DNA of 54,922 nt, taken from Pseudomonadota bacterium (lineage in GTDB: Bacteria; Pseudomonadota; Alphaproteobacteria; Caulobacterales; Hyphomonadaceae). The notes under the pieces were generated by a model that worked only from the letters and a program-made list of their open reading frames with translations, did no database searches and had not been told where the DNA came from. The DNA lies in NCBI GenBank assembly GCA_038630445.1, contig JBCBCO010000001.1, positions 1 to 54,922 of the forward strand. The letters are read 5' to 3'. Of this stretch, positions 1 through 10,089 are shown piece by piece. Each line of letters starts with the position of its first letter. Position 1 is the first letter of the stretch. The translations under genes were made by a program, and so were the position numbers.

Positions 1-488
1 GTGTCTTCCTTATCAGCTAGATACCCGACTTGCGCCGCAGGCAACGCGTCTGCGAACACGTCCGTCATCACCGTTGAAAAGCTCATGCAGCAGGCCGTTC
101 GCAGGGTCGCTTTCACCACGTCTAGAACAGCAGTCGCGGTTGTCACTTCATCATGCGGACTGTCGCGATGAGGTGTCTTGACCTCGATGAGTATCGGTCC
201 TGTGTGTGCAAGTAAGGAGAGGACTTGAGAGAGCTTGGGTGGCGATTGGGATGGATCACCGATGAGGTTTATCTCTTGCAATTCTTCCGCGGTTTTTTCG
301 AAAATGTATCCCGCGTCCCCGGTCATCCGTTCCAGGTTTGCATCATGGAAGACGATGGGGACACCGTCCTTTGAAAGGTGAACATCGAATTCCAGGCCAA
401 GGCCTGCTTTAGCCGCCGCTTCGATTGCAGCCAGAGAATTTTCTGGAACGCCCGGCCCCCAAAGGCCGCGGTGGGCAATCCGCAGCAT
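1..488 (-). CDS. Glycerophosphodiester phosphodiesterase family protein (3' end runs off window)
   Basis: Not in ORF track. Manual translation from ATG 488 gives MLRIAHRGLWGPGVPENSLAAIEAAAKAGLGLEFDVHLSKDGVPIVFHD...ILIEVKT...MSF, carrying the GDPD HRG, PENS, EFDV and HD motifs. The ATG overlaps the upstream stop (TAATG). Confidence 0.9.
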   Translation of the reverse strand, partial: MLRIAHRGLWGPGVPENSLAAIEAAAKAGLGLEFDVHLSKDGVPIVFHDANLERMTGDAGYIFEKTAEELQEINLIGDPSQSPPKLSQVLSLLAHTGPILIEVKTPHRDSPHDEVTTATAVLDVVKATLRTACCMSFSTVMTDVFADALPAAQVGYLADKED

Positions 489-949
489 TATGCACTCACC
501 TCAAAGACGCCATCGATCTCAACCGCGACGCCGAGCGGCAAGACAGGGCAGGAAACAGCCGAGCGCGCATGGCGGCCCGAATCGCCAAAGACCTCAACCA
601 TGAGATCAGAGCATCCGTTGATCACTTGCGGGATCGAGGTGAAATCGGATGCAGCGCTGACAAATCCGCCGAGTTTGACTACACGCTGGACCCGCGAGAG
701 ATCACCGAGGGCGGCCTTGCATTGCGCGATGAGATTGATCCCGCAGAGGCGCGCGGCGGCTTGGCCTGCTTCCAGATCCATATCCTCGCCAAGGCGACCG
801 AGAACCAGTCCATCCGCACCCGAACTAATTTGTCCGGAGACATAGAGGTGGTTACCGCTCAAAACGAAGGGAACATAATTCGCAACGGCGGCCATAGCGT
901 CAGGCAGCGTTATTCCGAGGGTCTCAAGGCGGGATTCAGGTGTGGTCAT
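488..949 (-). CDS. RidA/YjgF family protein
   Basis: ANYVP, YVSGQI, VKLGGFV, INGCSDL, GRHARSAV and LPLGVAVEI motifs. Confidence 0.92.
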   Translation of the reverse strand: MTTPESRLETLGITLPDAMAAVANYVPFVLSGNHLYVSGQISSGADGLVLGRLGEDMDLEAGQAAARLCGINLIAQCKAALGDLSRVQRVVKLGGFVSAASDFTSIPQVINGCSDLMVEVFGDSGRHARSAVSCPVLPLGVAVEIDGVFEVSA

Positions 950-959
950 GGCGGCATCC

Positions 960-2231
960 TCATTTTCGCTCAGCCTTAGCCCGTATCTCGCGTCCCGTCA
1001 TCACGCTGGCGCGGCCAAACTTGTCTCTCGCGATATCAGAAGCGCGTTCGGCTTTGGCGCGCTTTTCTATGATTGGATCGATGAGGTCACGCTCGTCGCC
1101 ACGCGCGTCCTGCAGGTGCGAGATGCCAATGCCGATGAGGCGATAGGCCTGTCCGCGATCTGTTTCTCGCTCAAGCATGGGTTTGGCTGCGCGGAACAAG
1201 GTCTGCGCTAGTTGTGTTCCGGTGGGCAGTGTCACGCTTCGCGTCAGGCTGCGAAACTGTTTGGTTTTCAGTTTCAAGGTAATCGTTGTGCCTTCAATGC
1301 CGTGGCGCTTGGCGCGCGCAGCTGTTTCCTCGCAGACCAGCCAGAGTCGATCTTCAAGCTCAGCCGGATCAGCGATGTCGCGATCAAATGTCCGCTCAGC
1401 AGACACTGATTTGCGCTCCGATTCAGGTGTGACGGGTCGATTATCAATCCCGTTCGCGCGTTGGTGCAGCCAAAGCCCTGTTTCGCCAAACCGCCCAATC
1501 AGATCACGCACCTCCATAGTTTGAACGTCGCCAACGGTTTTGAGATTGGCGGCCTCAAGTTTGCGCGCAAAGGCCGGGCCAATCCCGTGTAGATAGCCGA
1601 TAGGCTTAGACGCGAGGAGCGTGCGTGCTTCGTCAGCGGAGATAATCGCAAAGCCACGGGGTTTGTCCATTTCACTCGCGGTTTTAGCGAGAAACTTGTT
1701 CTCTGATAGACCGATAGAAATTGTGATGCCGATTTCGTCTTCAATCTCCCTCGCGACGCGGGTTAGGGCTGCGGCTGGAGCAGCGCCGTTGACGCGTTCC
1801 GTACCGGTCAGATCCAGATAGCCCTCATCAATGCTGATCATCTGAACGAGTGGCGTGAGCGCTTGCAGCTTCTCGCGGATTTGGCGTGACGCTGTTGAAT
1901 AGGCTTCGCGGTTTGGTCGGACCACGACAGCTTCCGGGCAGAGTTTCAGCGCCTTAAACATCGGCATCGCGGATCGCACACCGTTTACCCTGGCGATGTA
2001 GCAGCACGTGGCCACAACGCCGCGTTTCCCCCCGCCAACGATGACAGGCTTATCGCGCAGGTCTGGATTATCGCGTTTCTCAATCGCGGCAAAAAAAGCA
2101 TCACAGTCAATATGCGCGATGGAAAGCTGCGTGAGCGTTGGGTGCGATAGAATTCGACCTGACCCGCACGACGGGCAGATCGTTTCATCGGTCTCGAAGA
2201 CCGTATCGCAATCCCGGCACAAACTGGTCAT
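960..2231 (-). CDS. dinB: DNA polymerase IV (Y-family) with N-terminal CxxC-CxxC zinc ribbon
   Basis: HIDCDAFFAA, SIDEGYLD and AKTASEMDKPRG motifs. Start placed at ATG 2231 (MTSLCRDC), just downstream of the SOS box. Confidence 0.95.
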   Translation of the reverse strand: MTSLCRDCDTVFETDETICPSCGSGRILSHPTLTQLSIAHIDCDAFFAAIEKRDNPDLRDKPVIVGGGKRGVVATCCYIARVNGVRSAMPMFKALKLCPEAVVVRPNREAYSTASRQIREKLQALTPLVQMISIDEGYLDLTGTERVNGAAPAAALTRVAREIEDEIGITISIGLSENKFLAKTASEMDKPRGFAIISADEARTLLASKPIGYLHGIGPAFARKLEAANLKTVGDVQTMEVRDLIGRFGETGLWLHQRANGIDNRPVTPESERKSVSAERTFDRDIADPAELEDRLWLVCEETAARAKRHGIEGTTITLKLKTKQFRSLTRSVTLPTGTQLAQTLFRAAKPMLERETDRGQAYRLIGIGISHLQDARGDERDLIDPIIEKRAKAERASDIARDKFGRASVMTGREIRAKAERK

Positions 2232-2235
2232 GATT

Positions 2236-2250
2236 GTTCTTCTCATGTTC
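2236..2250. promoter_or_regulatory. LexA (SOS) box upstream of dinB
   Basis: Perfect alphaproteobacterial consensus GTTC-N7-GTTC (GTTC ttctcat GTTC), 4 nt upstream of the dinB ATG. Confidence 0.85.
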
Positions 2251-2350
2251 CATGTTTGTGGACAAGTCGAAAGGCAAGCAGGGTCGAAAAGTAAAAGTTA
2301 ACGAAGAATCGGCTAGAAAACCCACAGCATTTTAAGGAGAACGCCCCGTC

Positions 2351-2743
2351 ATGACGGAAGCGTCTGGTAAAACTGTACTCATCGTTGAGGATAATCCCCT
2401 CAATATGCGGTTATTTACCGATCTCCTCGAGGTCTCTGGTTACAGCGTTTTGCAATGCGTTGATGGGAGTACGGTTCACAAACAGGCGGTCAGTGAACAG
2501 CCAGATTTGATCATCATGGACATTCAGCTGCCTCAGGCATCCGGGCTCGATATTACGCGTTGGCTGAAAGATGATGAGCGAACGAAGCATATCCCCGTTC
2601 TGGCTGTGACGGCTTTCGCGATGCGCACGGATGAGGAACGCGTTCGCGAAGCTGGTTGCGAGGGCTATCTGTCCAAACCCATACAGATCAAGTCCTTCAT
2701 CAAAATGGTCGACGGCTTAACAGATGGAAAGGCCGCCGCATGA
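2351..2743 (+). CDS. divK: Single-domain response regulator DivK
   Basis: VLIVEDN, MDIQLP and VTAFAM motifs; overlaps the pleD start (ATGA). Confidence 0.9.
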   Translation: MTEASGKTVLIVEDNPLNMRLFTDLLEVSGYSVLQCVDGSTVHKQAVSEQPDLIIMDIQLPQASGLDITRWLKDDERTKHIPVLAVTAFAMRTDEERVREAGCEGYLSKPIQIKSFIKMVDGLTDGKAAA

Positions 2744-4107
2744 GTGCGCGCGTCCTCGTTGTCGATGATATCGAAGCTAACCGGCGCCTGATGAAGGCGA
2801 AGCTCGAAGCACGCTATCATACCGTGAGTTTGGCTTCGAACGGATTTGAAGCGATTGAAATCGCCGAGCGAGAGAGCCCGCAGATTATTTTGCTGGATGT
2901 CATGATGCCAGGCATGGACGGGTACGAAACCTGCCGCCGGCTAAAAGGCTCCGCTGAGACCCAGCATATTCCTGTCGCAATGCTAACCGCGCTGACCGAT
3001 GCCGATGACCGCGCAAAGGGGGTAGAGGCCGGGGCGGATGACTTCCTGTCAAAACCGATTGATGACGGCGCACTGTTCGCACGGATTGAGGCTCTGGGAC
3101 GATTTGGAGCTGTTGCGGCACAGTTGCGTGAACAGAATGCGCGTACGGCGACCACTGGCCTGCTCACACGTGAAGAACAAGCGCGGATTGATGCGCCCGC
3201 GCAGATCATGATCCTGGACGCTGACGCCGATAGAGCCAAGCGGGTCAGTGAGAAGCTAAAGGGTATCGGGCACGATATTGTGCTCTGGCAGGATGCTAAT
3301 GCGCAGGTATCGCTCGCATCCGGTCATCTTGATCTCATCGTCATGGCTTTGTCAGGACAGCCACACGATCCATTGAGACTATGCGCCAGTTTCAAGGCTC
3401 AGGGTTTGACGGATCGCTTGAGCGTTCTTGTGACATACGCCCACGTTGATCAGGAACGCGCGGCAAAAGCCATGGGGCTTGGTGCGAGTGATATGGTCCG
3501 TACCCCTTTGGATCAGCAGGAACTGGTTGCGCGTATTCGCACACAATTGCGTCGTCAGCGCTATGTTGAGATTTTGCGTCGCCGAATTAATCGCGGTCTC
3601 GAACTCTCAATTCTTGATCAGCTGACCGGACTTTATAATCGCCGCTATATGCTCAATCAGCTGGAGCAGTGGCGTAAGCGTATTGTTGGCGGCGGCAGCG
3701 ATTTATCGATTGTTTCGCTCGACATTGATCACTTTAAAATGGTCAATGATCGTCATGGTCATCAGGCAGGAGACACAGTTCTTGAGACTTTCGCTCAACG
3801 CCTGCAACAGAATATTCGGCCAAAGGATATTGCCTGTCGTCCGGGAGGCGAGGAGTTCCTGATTATCATGCCGGAGACAGATCACGAGCAAGCCAGAACT
3901 GGCGCTGAGCGTATCCGTCAGGCCATTGCCGCCGAGCCGTTCTCAATCGATAGCGGAAAATCGCCGCTGACGATTACTGTGAGTGCGGGGGTCGCAACGT
4001 TTTCCGGCGGGGAGGAGACTATGGCGGAATTGATGCACAGGGCTGATCTTGCGCTTTATGATGCGAAAAAGGCCGGTCGCAATCAGGTTCGCAGTCTCGC
4101 CGCCTAG
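2740..4107 (+). CDS. pleD: PleD REC-REC-GGDEF diguanylate cyclase
   Basis: MSARVLVVDD start at 2740, LLDVMMP phospho-acceptor, D.LTGLYNRRY, RxxD I-site (RPKD), GGEEF; directly follows divK. Confidence 0.92.
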   Translation: MSARVLVVDDIEANRRLMKAKLEARYHTVSLASNGFEAIEIAERESPQIILLDVMMPGMDGYETCRRLKGSAETQHIPVAMLTALTDADDRAKGVEAGADDFLSKPIDDGALFARIEALGRFGAVAAQLREQNARTATTGLLTREEQARIDAPAQIMILDADADRAKRVSEKLKGIGHDIVLWQDANAQVSLASGHLDLIVMALSGQPHDPLRLCASFKAQGLTDRLSVLVTYAHVDQERAAKAMGLGASDMVRTPLDQQELVARIRTQLRRQRYVEILRRRINRGLELSILDQLTGLYNRRYMLNQLEQWRKRIVGGGSDLSIVSLDIDHFKMVNDRHGHQAGDTVLETFAQRLQQNIRPKDIACRPGGEEFLIIMPETDHEQARTGAERIRQAIAAEPFSIDSGKSPLTITVSAGVATFSGGEETMAELMHRADLALYDAKKAGRNQVRSLAA

Positions 4108-4136
4108 GCCGGTTTCGCATTCCCTTTACACCCAAC

Positions 4137-4168
4137 AAAAAAAGCCGAGCTGTGGGCTCGGCTCTTTG
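4137..4168. terminator. Intrinsic terminator between convergent pleD and rpmG
   Basis: A7 run, then AGCCGAGC-TGTGG-GCTCGGCT hairpin, then CTTT; the strong U-tract is on the minus (rpmG) strand. Confidence 0.8.
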
Positions 4169-4189
4169 AAACATCTTTGAAGACTGATC

Positions 4190-4357
4190 CTACTTGATCT
4201 TACCTTCTTTGAACTCGACATGCTTTTTGGCAATTGGGTCATACTTCCGCTTGACCATTTTCTCAGTCATGTTGCGGGGGTTCTTCTTCGTGACGTAGAA
4301 GAAGCCTGTGCCTGCAGTTGAATTCAGGCGAATTTTAATCGTTGCCGGTTTGGCCAT
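4190..4357 (-). CDS. rpmG: 50S ribosomal protein L33
   Basis: Not in ORF track (55 aa). Manual translation: [55 protein letters not shown]. Confidence 0.97.
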   Translation of the reverse strand: MAKPATIKIRLNSTAGTGFFYVTKKNPRNMTEKMVKRKYDPIAKKHVEFKEGKIK

Positions 4358-4441
4358 AGCGGTGCGCCTTCTTGATCAGGGCTGAAACTGGAAAACGCGT
4401 CTAATGATGGAGGCACGCGTCTGAGTCAACCGGAGAGAACA

Positions 4442-5173
4442 CTATATCCGGTCTGCACTGTGCCCTGAGCGCGTCCAGCGCAAGAAAGGCGGTCCTTTAT
4501 CGCCTTCGTCCGTAAGCCGCTCTTCAATCTCACCCAGCATGAAGCGGGTCACGTTGGGTAGATCGAGATCGAGAGCGTCTTTCAGGGTGACCCATTGCAA
4601 ATCGTGCAATTCCGCGCCGTCCATCGGCGGGCGATCATCTATAAGCGCCTGCTCCGCGTCTGCCATGAAGAAGCGGGCATCGAACCGTTTTGGGCGATAG
4701 GGCGGGGTGATCGCTCGACCGATAAATTTCAGGTCTTTCAGGCATGGCGCAATGTCCATGTCATATAGTTTTTGCCAGCCCGGCGGGGCTTTGACAGGCA
4801 TTTCAGCATTGCGCCCAATCAGGAGGCCGGTCTCTTCAAACGTCTCCCTGATCGCGGTCATGGCGAAGGCGCGCGGACTGCGGCGGCTTTGAAAGCGAAG
4901 GCGCTTTTCCACTTTTGGATTGAGTTCTGTATAGGCGGTGACGCGGCTATCCTGTGGATCAACACGACCGCCGGGGAACACATATTTATCCGGCATGAAG
5001 GTGTGTCCGCCGGAGCGTTTGCCCATGAGGACGCGAGGATGTTCTGCGTCGCGGCGAACGAGAATCAGCGTGGCGGCATCTCGCGGGCGGGGACTGGCTT
5101 TGCCTTTCAGAAGAACATCGCCATCGCCTTCACGATCATAGGCTGTGCCGAGTTTGACTTGTCCTTTGCTCAT
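4442..5173 (-). CDS. NUDIX hydrolase
   Basis: FPGGRVD...AIRETFEETGL Nudix box, RFDARFF; overlaps rnr stop. Confidence 0.9.
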   Translation of the reverse strand: MSKGQVKLGTAYDREGDGDVLLKGKASPRPRDAATLILVRRDAEHPRVLMGKRSGGHTFMPDKYVFPGGRVDPQDSRVTAYTELNPKVEKRLRFQSRRSPRAFAMTAIRETFEETGLLIGRNAEMPVKAPPGWQKLYDMDIAPCLKDLKFIGRAITPPYRPKRFDARFFMADAEQALIDDRPPMDGAELHDLQWVTLKDALDLDLPNVTRFMLGEIEERLTDEGDKGPPFLRWTRSGHSADRI

Positions 5174-7407
5174 CCGCGCCGTTTCTTCCCGCGTTTTCCT
5201 GATTTTCCCTTACCGCGAACAGGGCGGCGTTCAAACTTATGACCTCGCGTCCGGGTGGGAAGTTTTTCACCGGGTTTGCGCGGTTTGGGGTCAGAGATAA
5301 TTTCGAGCAGAAGGCCGCCTTCAAGGGGCGTCACCTCTTCCAGCCGCACGGTGACTTCCATACCCATTTCATAGCGCTTACCGGATTTTTCAGCGATCAG
5401 AGCTTGGCTGCCTTCGCTGTAGCGCCAGTATTCATGGCTGATTTTGCTCGCGGGCGCGAAACCGTCCGCGCCGGTTTCTTCGAGACGAATGAACAGGCCC
5501 GCTTTCGTGACGCCGCTGATCCGGCCCTGGAATTCTGCGCCGACGCGGTCAGACAGGAACAGCGCGAGATAGCGGTCTGTGGCTTCGCGTTCCGCGGCCA
5601 TGGAGCGGCGCTCTGTATTGACCAGATGTTCGGCAATTTCTTCGAGTTGCGCGCCTTGTTTCTTGGTCAAGCCATCGGGGCCAGCGTTCAAGACATTGAT
5701 CAGGGCGCGGTGGACGATGAGGTCGCTATAGCGCCGGATCGGGCTGGTAAAGTGAGCGTATTTGGTCAGGTTCAGTCCGAAATGGCCAATATTTTCAGAG
5801 CTATAGACGGCTTGGCTCTGACTGCGCAGAACAATCTCAGAGATGACTGGTGCATCGTCTGTATCCTCAAAATCGGCGAGCAGGCGGTTGAACCGTGCGG
5901 TTTGGGTTTTTTGTCCGACCGGCCATTTGATGTCGAAGGTCTTCAGGAACTCCGCCAGCGCGGCGATTTTGCTGTCTGTGGGGGCGTCATGGATACGATA
6001 AAGCAGGGGTGAGCCTGATTTTTCAAGCGTTTCGGCGGCGGCAACATTTGCCTGAATCATCATTTCTTCGATCAGCTTGTGCGCGTCGAAGCGGGCCTTT
6101 TCGCGAATGCCGGCGACGCTGCCATCTTCAGCAATTTCGACTTTGCGTTCCGGCAATTCCAATTCGAGCGGGGAGCGACGTTCACGCCCTTCTTTCAACG
6201 CACCGTATGCGCCCCAAAGTGGTTTTAAGACTTTGTCGAGCAGCTTCGAGGCGCGGTCGGTCGGGTTTCCATCAATCGCCTGCTGCGCCTCTTCGTAGGA
6301 GAGTGCGCCGGCAGAGCGCATGATGCCCCGCATGAATTTGTGTGAACGCTTCGTTCCGGATTTGTCGAACTCCATCGAGACAGCCAGACACATTCGGTCC
6401 TGACCTTCTTTAAGCGAGCATTGATCAGCGCTGAGCTCGAATGGCAGCATCGGTACAACGCGATCAGGAAAATAAGTGGAGTTGCCGCGTTTCAGCGCCT
6501 CTGTGTCGAGCGCGCTATCATTCGTGACATAAGCAGCCACGTCAGCAATCGCGACGACAATGCGCCAGCCGTCTTCCAACTCTTCGGCGAAGACCGCATC
6601 GTCGTGATCTCGCGCATCGGCGGGATCGATGGTGATCAGCGCAGTCTTGCGTAGGTCTTCGCGGGGCGCATCTGCGGGCAGGGCGTCTTGAGCTTGTTTC
6701 AAGACATTGTCTGGGAACTCGGTCGGAATATCGTGCGCCGCAATCGCGAGTAAAGACGCCGCGCGCGGGTCCTCCTGTCGCCCGATAATCTCGGTCACGC
6801 GGCCACGCATAGGGCCGTAGGCTTTTTGCGGGATCGGCATCGCGGTGACGAGGTCGCCGTCGACCGCGCCATTCGTGTCGCTCTCGCTGATCAGCAGTGA
6901 GCGTTTGTCTTTGCGGCTTGCCGGTTCAACGCGGCCACCTTTGGCCGTGCGCTGAAAGATGCCTGTCAGCGGCTTTTCCTCGTCACGCGTTTCGAACAGT
7001 TTCATCAGGCGTGCGGTCCAGTGCCCGCTGTCATGCTCTTTCAGACGCGCTAGACCGCGATCGCCAATCCCCGGCGCAGGCCCGCGCATTTTGCCATGAT
7101 AACCGTCATAGATCAGTTGCGGCCCGAACGGCCCTTCCTTGCCAACCGCGCGGGCGGTGAGTTCGCCATCCTCATTGCGGCCTTCAAAGGCGACCACGCA
7201 GGTTGGCGGCGGCGTATCGGCCTTTGCCCAGGCGCGCTTTCCGGTCTTTTTCAGCGTGCCGTCGTTTTCAAGCTCTTTCAGGATCGCACGCAGCGTCTGA
7301 CGCTCTCGGCCTTTCACCGCCAGGCCTTTGGCGATCTCCTGCTTCGTCGTCGCGTTCGGGTTCTCGCGCAGGAAGTCGAGAACGGTTTGTTTGTCTGGGA
7401 AACTCAT
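5170..7407 (-). CDS. rnr: Ribonuclease R
   Basis: TIDPADARDHDDA, HFTSPIRRYSDL, S1 domain and basic C-terminal tail. Confidence 0.95.
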   Translation of the reverse strand: MSFPDKQTVLDFLRENPNATTKQEIAKGLAVKGRERQTLRAILKELENDGTLKKTGKRAWAKADTPPPTCVVAFEGRNEDGELTARAVGKEGPFGPQLIYDGYHGKMRGPAPGIGDRGLARLKEHDSGHWTARLMKLFETRDEEKPLTGIFQRTAKGGRVEPASRKDKRSLLISESDTNGAVDGDLVTAMPIPQKAYGPMRGRVTEIIGRQEDPRAASLLAIAAHDIPTEFPDNVLKQAQDALPADAPREDLRKTALITIDPADARDHDDAVFAEELEDGWRIVVAIADVAAYVTNDSALDTEALKRGNSTYFPDRVVPMLPFELSADQCSLKEGQDRMCLAVSMEFDKSGTKRSHKFMRGIMRSAGALSYEEAQQAIDGNPTDRASKLLDKVLKPLWGAYGALKEGRERRSPLELELPERKVEIAEDGSVAGIREKARFDAHKLIEEMMIQANVAAAETLEKSGSPLLYRIHDAPTDSKIAALAEFLKTFDIKWPVGQKTQTARFNRLLADFEDTDDAPVISEIVLRSQSQAVYSSENIGHFGLNLTKYAHFTSPIRRYSDLIVHRALINVLNAGPDGLTKKQGAQLEEIAEHLVNTERRSMAAEREATDRYLALFLSDRVGAEFQGRISGVTKAGLFIRLEETGADGFAPASKISHEYWRYSEGSQALIAEKSGKRYEMGMEVTVRLEEVTPLEGGLLLEIISDPKPRKPGEKLPTRTRGHKFERRPVRGKGKSGKRGKKRRG

Positions 7408-7453
7408 GGTGGGCGCTTAGCAGGGTTTTGAAAACCTTGATATAGATCGATAC

Positions 7454-10012
7454 CTACTTCTTCGCAGCGGCCTTTTTCTTCTTGGCGGGGGCTTTGCGTT
7501 TCTTTTTCCCGCCTTTGGCTTCTTTTTCGGCGAGGATTTCCAGCGCCTGATCGACGTTGATATCGGCGGGGTTCATGTCCTTTGGCAGGGTCGCGTTGGT
7601 TTTGCCGTGCTTGATATAGGGACCGTAACGGCCTTCCAGGACTTGGATCGGTTGCTCGTCACTCGGGTGCGCGCCAAGGTCTTTCAGGACTTTGGCCTGG
7701 GCACGTCCGCGACCACCGGGATTCGCGCGTTTGTCGGCGATCAGAGCGACCGCACGGTTGAGACCAATGTCGAGCATCTCTTCAACGCTTGGGACATTGG
7801 CATAGGTCTTTAGGTGCTGCACGTAGGGACCATAGCGGCCGAGATTGGCGAGGATCGGCTCGCCATCTTCAGGGTGTTGGCCAACCGTGCGCGGCAGGTT
7901 AATCAGCATCAGCGCCTTTTCCGCATCCAAATCCTGCGGCGACCAGCCTTTAGGCAGGGACGAGCGTTTCGGCTTGTCCTCGCCTTCCAGCGTCATTTCA
8001 AGATACGGTCCGAAACGGCCGGATTTCAGGAGTACAGGCTGACCCGTTTCCGGGTGGACCGTGACTTCTTCGCCGTCAGGATTAATGGCGTTTTCCGCTT
8101 CTTCGGCGGTTGAGAAAGGCCGCGTGTATTTACATTCCGGATAGGTCGAGCACCCAACAAATGCACCGTGACGGCCGAGTTTGAGGGAGAGCTCTCCGCT
8201 ATCGCAGGCTGCACACGAGCGCGGGTTTTCTTTTTTATTGCCGTTTTCGTCTAGGACAGGGAAAACGTAAGGTCCAAGAACCTCATTTAAAACGTCGAGG
8301 ACGGCCGAAACGCGCAAATCTTTGGTCTCGGCAATTGCGGCGGTGAAGCGATCCCAGAACTCTTTCAGGAAAGCTTTCCAATCGAGTTTGCCATCTGAAA
8401 TAATATCGAGTTTTTCTTCCAGATTGGCTGTGTAGTCATATTCAACATAGCGGCGGAAAAAGTTCTCGAGAAAAGCTGTGACGAGGCGGCCCTTATCCTC
8501 AGGTACCATCTGCTTTTTCTCGATGCGGACATAGTCACGATCGACCAGCGTTGAGAGCGTGGACGCATAAGTGGATGGGCGACCAATGCCGAGTTCTTCA
8601 AGCTTTTTAACCAGGCTCGCTTCTGTGAAACGCGGCGGCGGGTTGGTGAAATGCTGTTCGGATTTGGCTTCTAGGAGGTCGGCGTGTTGGCCCTCTGCCA
8701 TTTTTGGCAGGCGCGCTTCCTCGTCTTCGTCCTTATCTGTATCGTCGCGACCTTCGGTATAGAGCTTGATGAAACCGTCAAAGACGAGGACTTGGCCGGT
8801 TGCGCGAAGGGTTGCGGAGCTGTCTTTATTGATGAGGTCAATGGTCGTGCGTTCAAATTGCGCTGCCGTCATTTGCGAGGCGACCGCACGACGCCAGATA
8901 AGCGCATAGAGCTTCCAGAGGTCTTTATCAGACTGCTTATAGTCGTCCGGGCGGAGCGAGAAGACGGTCGGGCGAATGGCCTCGTGGGCTTCCTGCGCAT
9001 TTTTTTGTTTAGAAGAATAGAAACGCGGTTTCTCAGGCAGGTATTGTGCGCCATAATCGGACTGAATGTGCTCACGCGATTGGGTGTAGGCTTCCGGTGC
9101 CATATTCACGCCGTCAGTCCGCATGTAAGTGATGCGGCCTTCCTCATAGAGTTTTTGGGCGGCCTGCATGGTGCGTTTGGCGGAGAAACCGAGCTTGCGG
9201 GATGCATCCTGTTGCAATGTCGAGGTAATGAAAGGCGGGGGCGGGTTGCGCTTGACCGGTTTGGCCTCAACGCTCGCGACACTGTAGCCGCCTTTTTGCA
9301 CCTGCTTGAGCGCATCGGCCGCCATATCGCCATTGGGCAGGCTGAACTTCTTCAGTGCCTTTCCATGCAAAGCCTGAAGACGTGTCTCGAAGTCTGTCCC
9401 GTCCGGTGCGCGCAGTTTCGCGCCAATAGTCCAGTATTCTTCCGGTTTGAATGTCTCGATCTCGATTTCGCGTTCGCAGACGATGCGCAGCGCGACGGAT
9501 TGGACGCGGCCGGCAGAGCGACTGCCCGGAAGTTTGCGCCACAAGACTGGGGAAAGATTAAAACCGACAAGATAGTCCAGCGCGCGGCGGGCGAGATAGG
9601 CGTCGACCAGTTCCTGATCGATCTGGCGGGGTTGCTCCATCGCTTTCGTGACAGCATTCTTGGTGATTGCGTTGAATACAACGCGCTCAACCGGATAGTC
9701 TTTCTTCAGCGCGCGGCGTTTGCGTAGAGCCTCAATAATGTGCCAGCTAATCGCTTCACCTTCGCGATCCGGGTCGGTTGCGAGGATGAGTTTGTCGCCG
9801 GATTTGACCGCGTCCGCGATGGCTTTGATACGCGGTTGGGACTTGCTGTCAGCGGCCCAGACCATCTCGAAATCTTCATCAGGTTTAACCGATCCGTCCT
9901 TTGATGGCAGGTCGCGAATATGCCCGTAGGAGGCAAGGACTTTATAGTCTTTGCCGAGATATTTGTTGATCGTCTTGGCTTTGGCCGGGGACTCGACAAC
10001 AACAACTTTCAT
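7454..10012 (-). CDS. topA: DNA topoisomerase I (type IA)
   Basis: VVESPAKAKTI, ATDPDREGEAI, SAGRVQS, ITYMRTD, AQEAHEAIRP, C-terminal GRYGPY repeats; start at MKVVVVES (10012). Confidence 0.96.
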   Translation of the reverse strand: MKVVVVESPAKAKTINKYLGKDYKVLASYGHIRDLPSKDGSVKPDEDFEMVWAADSKSQPRIKAIADAVKSGDKLILATDPDREGEAISWHIIEALRKRRALKKDYPVERVVFNAITKNAVTKAMEQPRQIDQELVDAYLARRALDYLVGFNLSPVLWRKLPGSRSAGRVQSVALRIVCEREIEIETFKPEEYWTIGAKLRAPDGTDFETRLQALHGKALKKFSLPNGDMAADALKQVQKGGYSVASVEAKPVKRNPPPPFITSTLQQDASRKLGFSAKRTMQAAQKLYEEGRITYMRTDGVNMAPEAYTQSREHIQSDYGAQYLPEKPRFYSSKQKNAQEAHEAIRPTVFSLRPDDYKQSDKDLWKLYALIWRRAVASQMTAAQFERTTIDLINKDSSATLRATGQVLVFDGFIKLYTEGRDDTDKDEDEEARLPKMAEGQHADLLEAKSEQHFTNPPPRFTEASLVKKLEELGIGRPSTYASTLSTLVDRDYVRIEKKQMVPEDKGRLVTAFLENFFRRYVEYDYTANLEEKLDIISDGKLDWKAFLKEFWDRFTAAIAETKDLRVSAVLDVLNEVLGPYVFPVLDENGNKKENPRSCAACDSGELSLKLGRHGAFVGCSTYPECKYTRPFSTAEEAENAINPDGEEVTVHPETGQPVLLKSGRFGPYLEMTLEGEDKPKRSSLPKGWSPQDLDAEKALMLINLPRTVGQHPEDGEPILANLGRYGPYVQHLKTYANVPSVEEMLDIGLNRAVALIADKRANPGGRGRAQAKVLKDLGAHPSDEQPIQVLEGRYGPYIKHGKTNATLPKDMNPADINVDQALEILAEKEAKGGKKKRKAPAKKKKAAAKK

Positions 10013-10047
10013 ACGCTTACGCTCCTGACAGGGCTTCAAGGCGGCGA

Positions 10048-10076
10048 GAATTGGTGGCGCTCTTAGCCTATGTCAA
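10048..10076 (-). promoter_or_regulatory. Putative sigma70 promoter of topA
   Basis: Minus strand TTGACA-17 nt-CAATTC. Confidence 0.45.
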
Positions 10077-10089
10077 GCGACGCACTGGA

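Noticed and set aside
2656-2739. N-terminal extensions in the ORF track (pleD here; also topA, lptG, pepA, rimM, patatin, trmB, FMN reductase, hutX-like, GST, crotonase)
   Set aside because: The upstream starts overlap neighbouring genes or promoters; internal ATGs fit family N-termini and SD or -10 positions better.
8684-9727. 347-aa antisense ORF within topA, and similar long shadow ORFs (425-979, 5239-6012, 13353-13925, 16022-16663, 26737-27393, 49646-50236)
   Set aside because: They lie largely or wholly opposite well-supported genes and have no recognisable motifs; this is expected from GC-rich codon bias.
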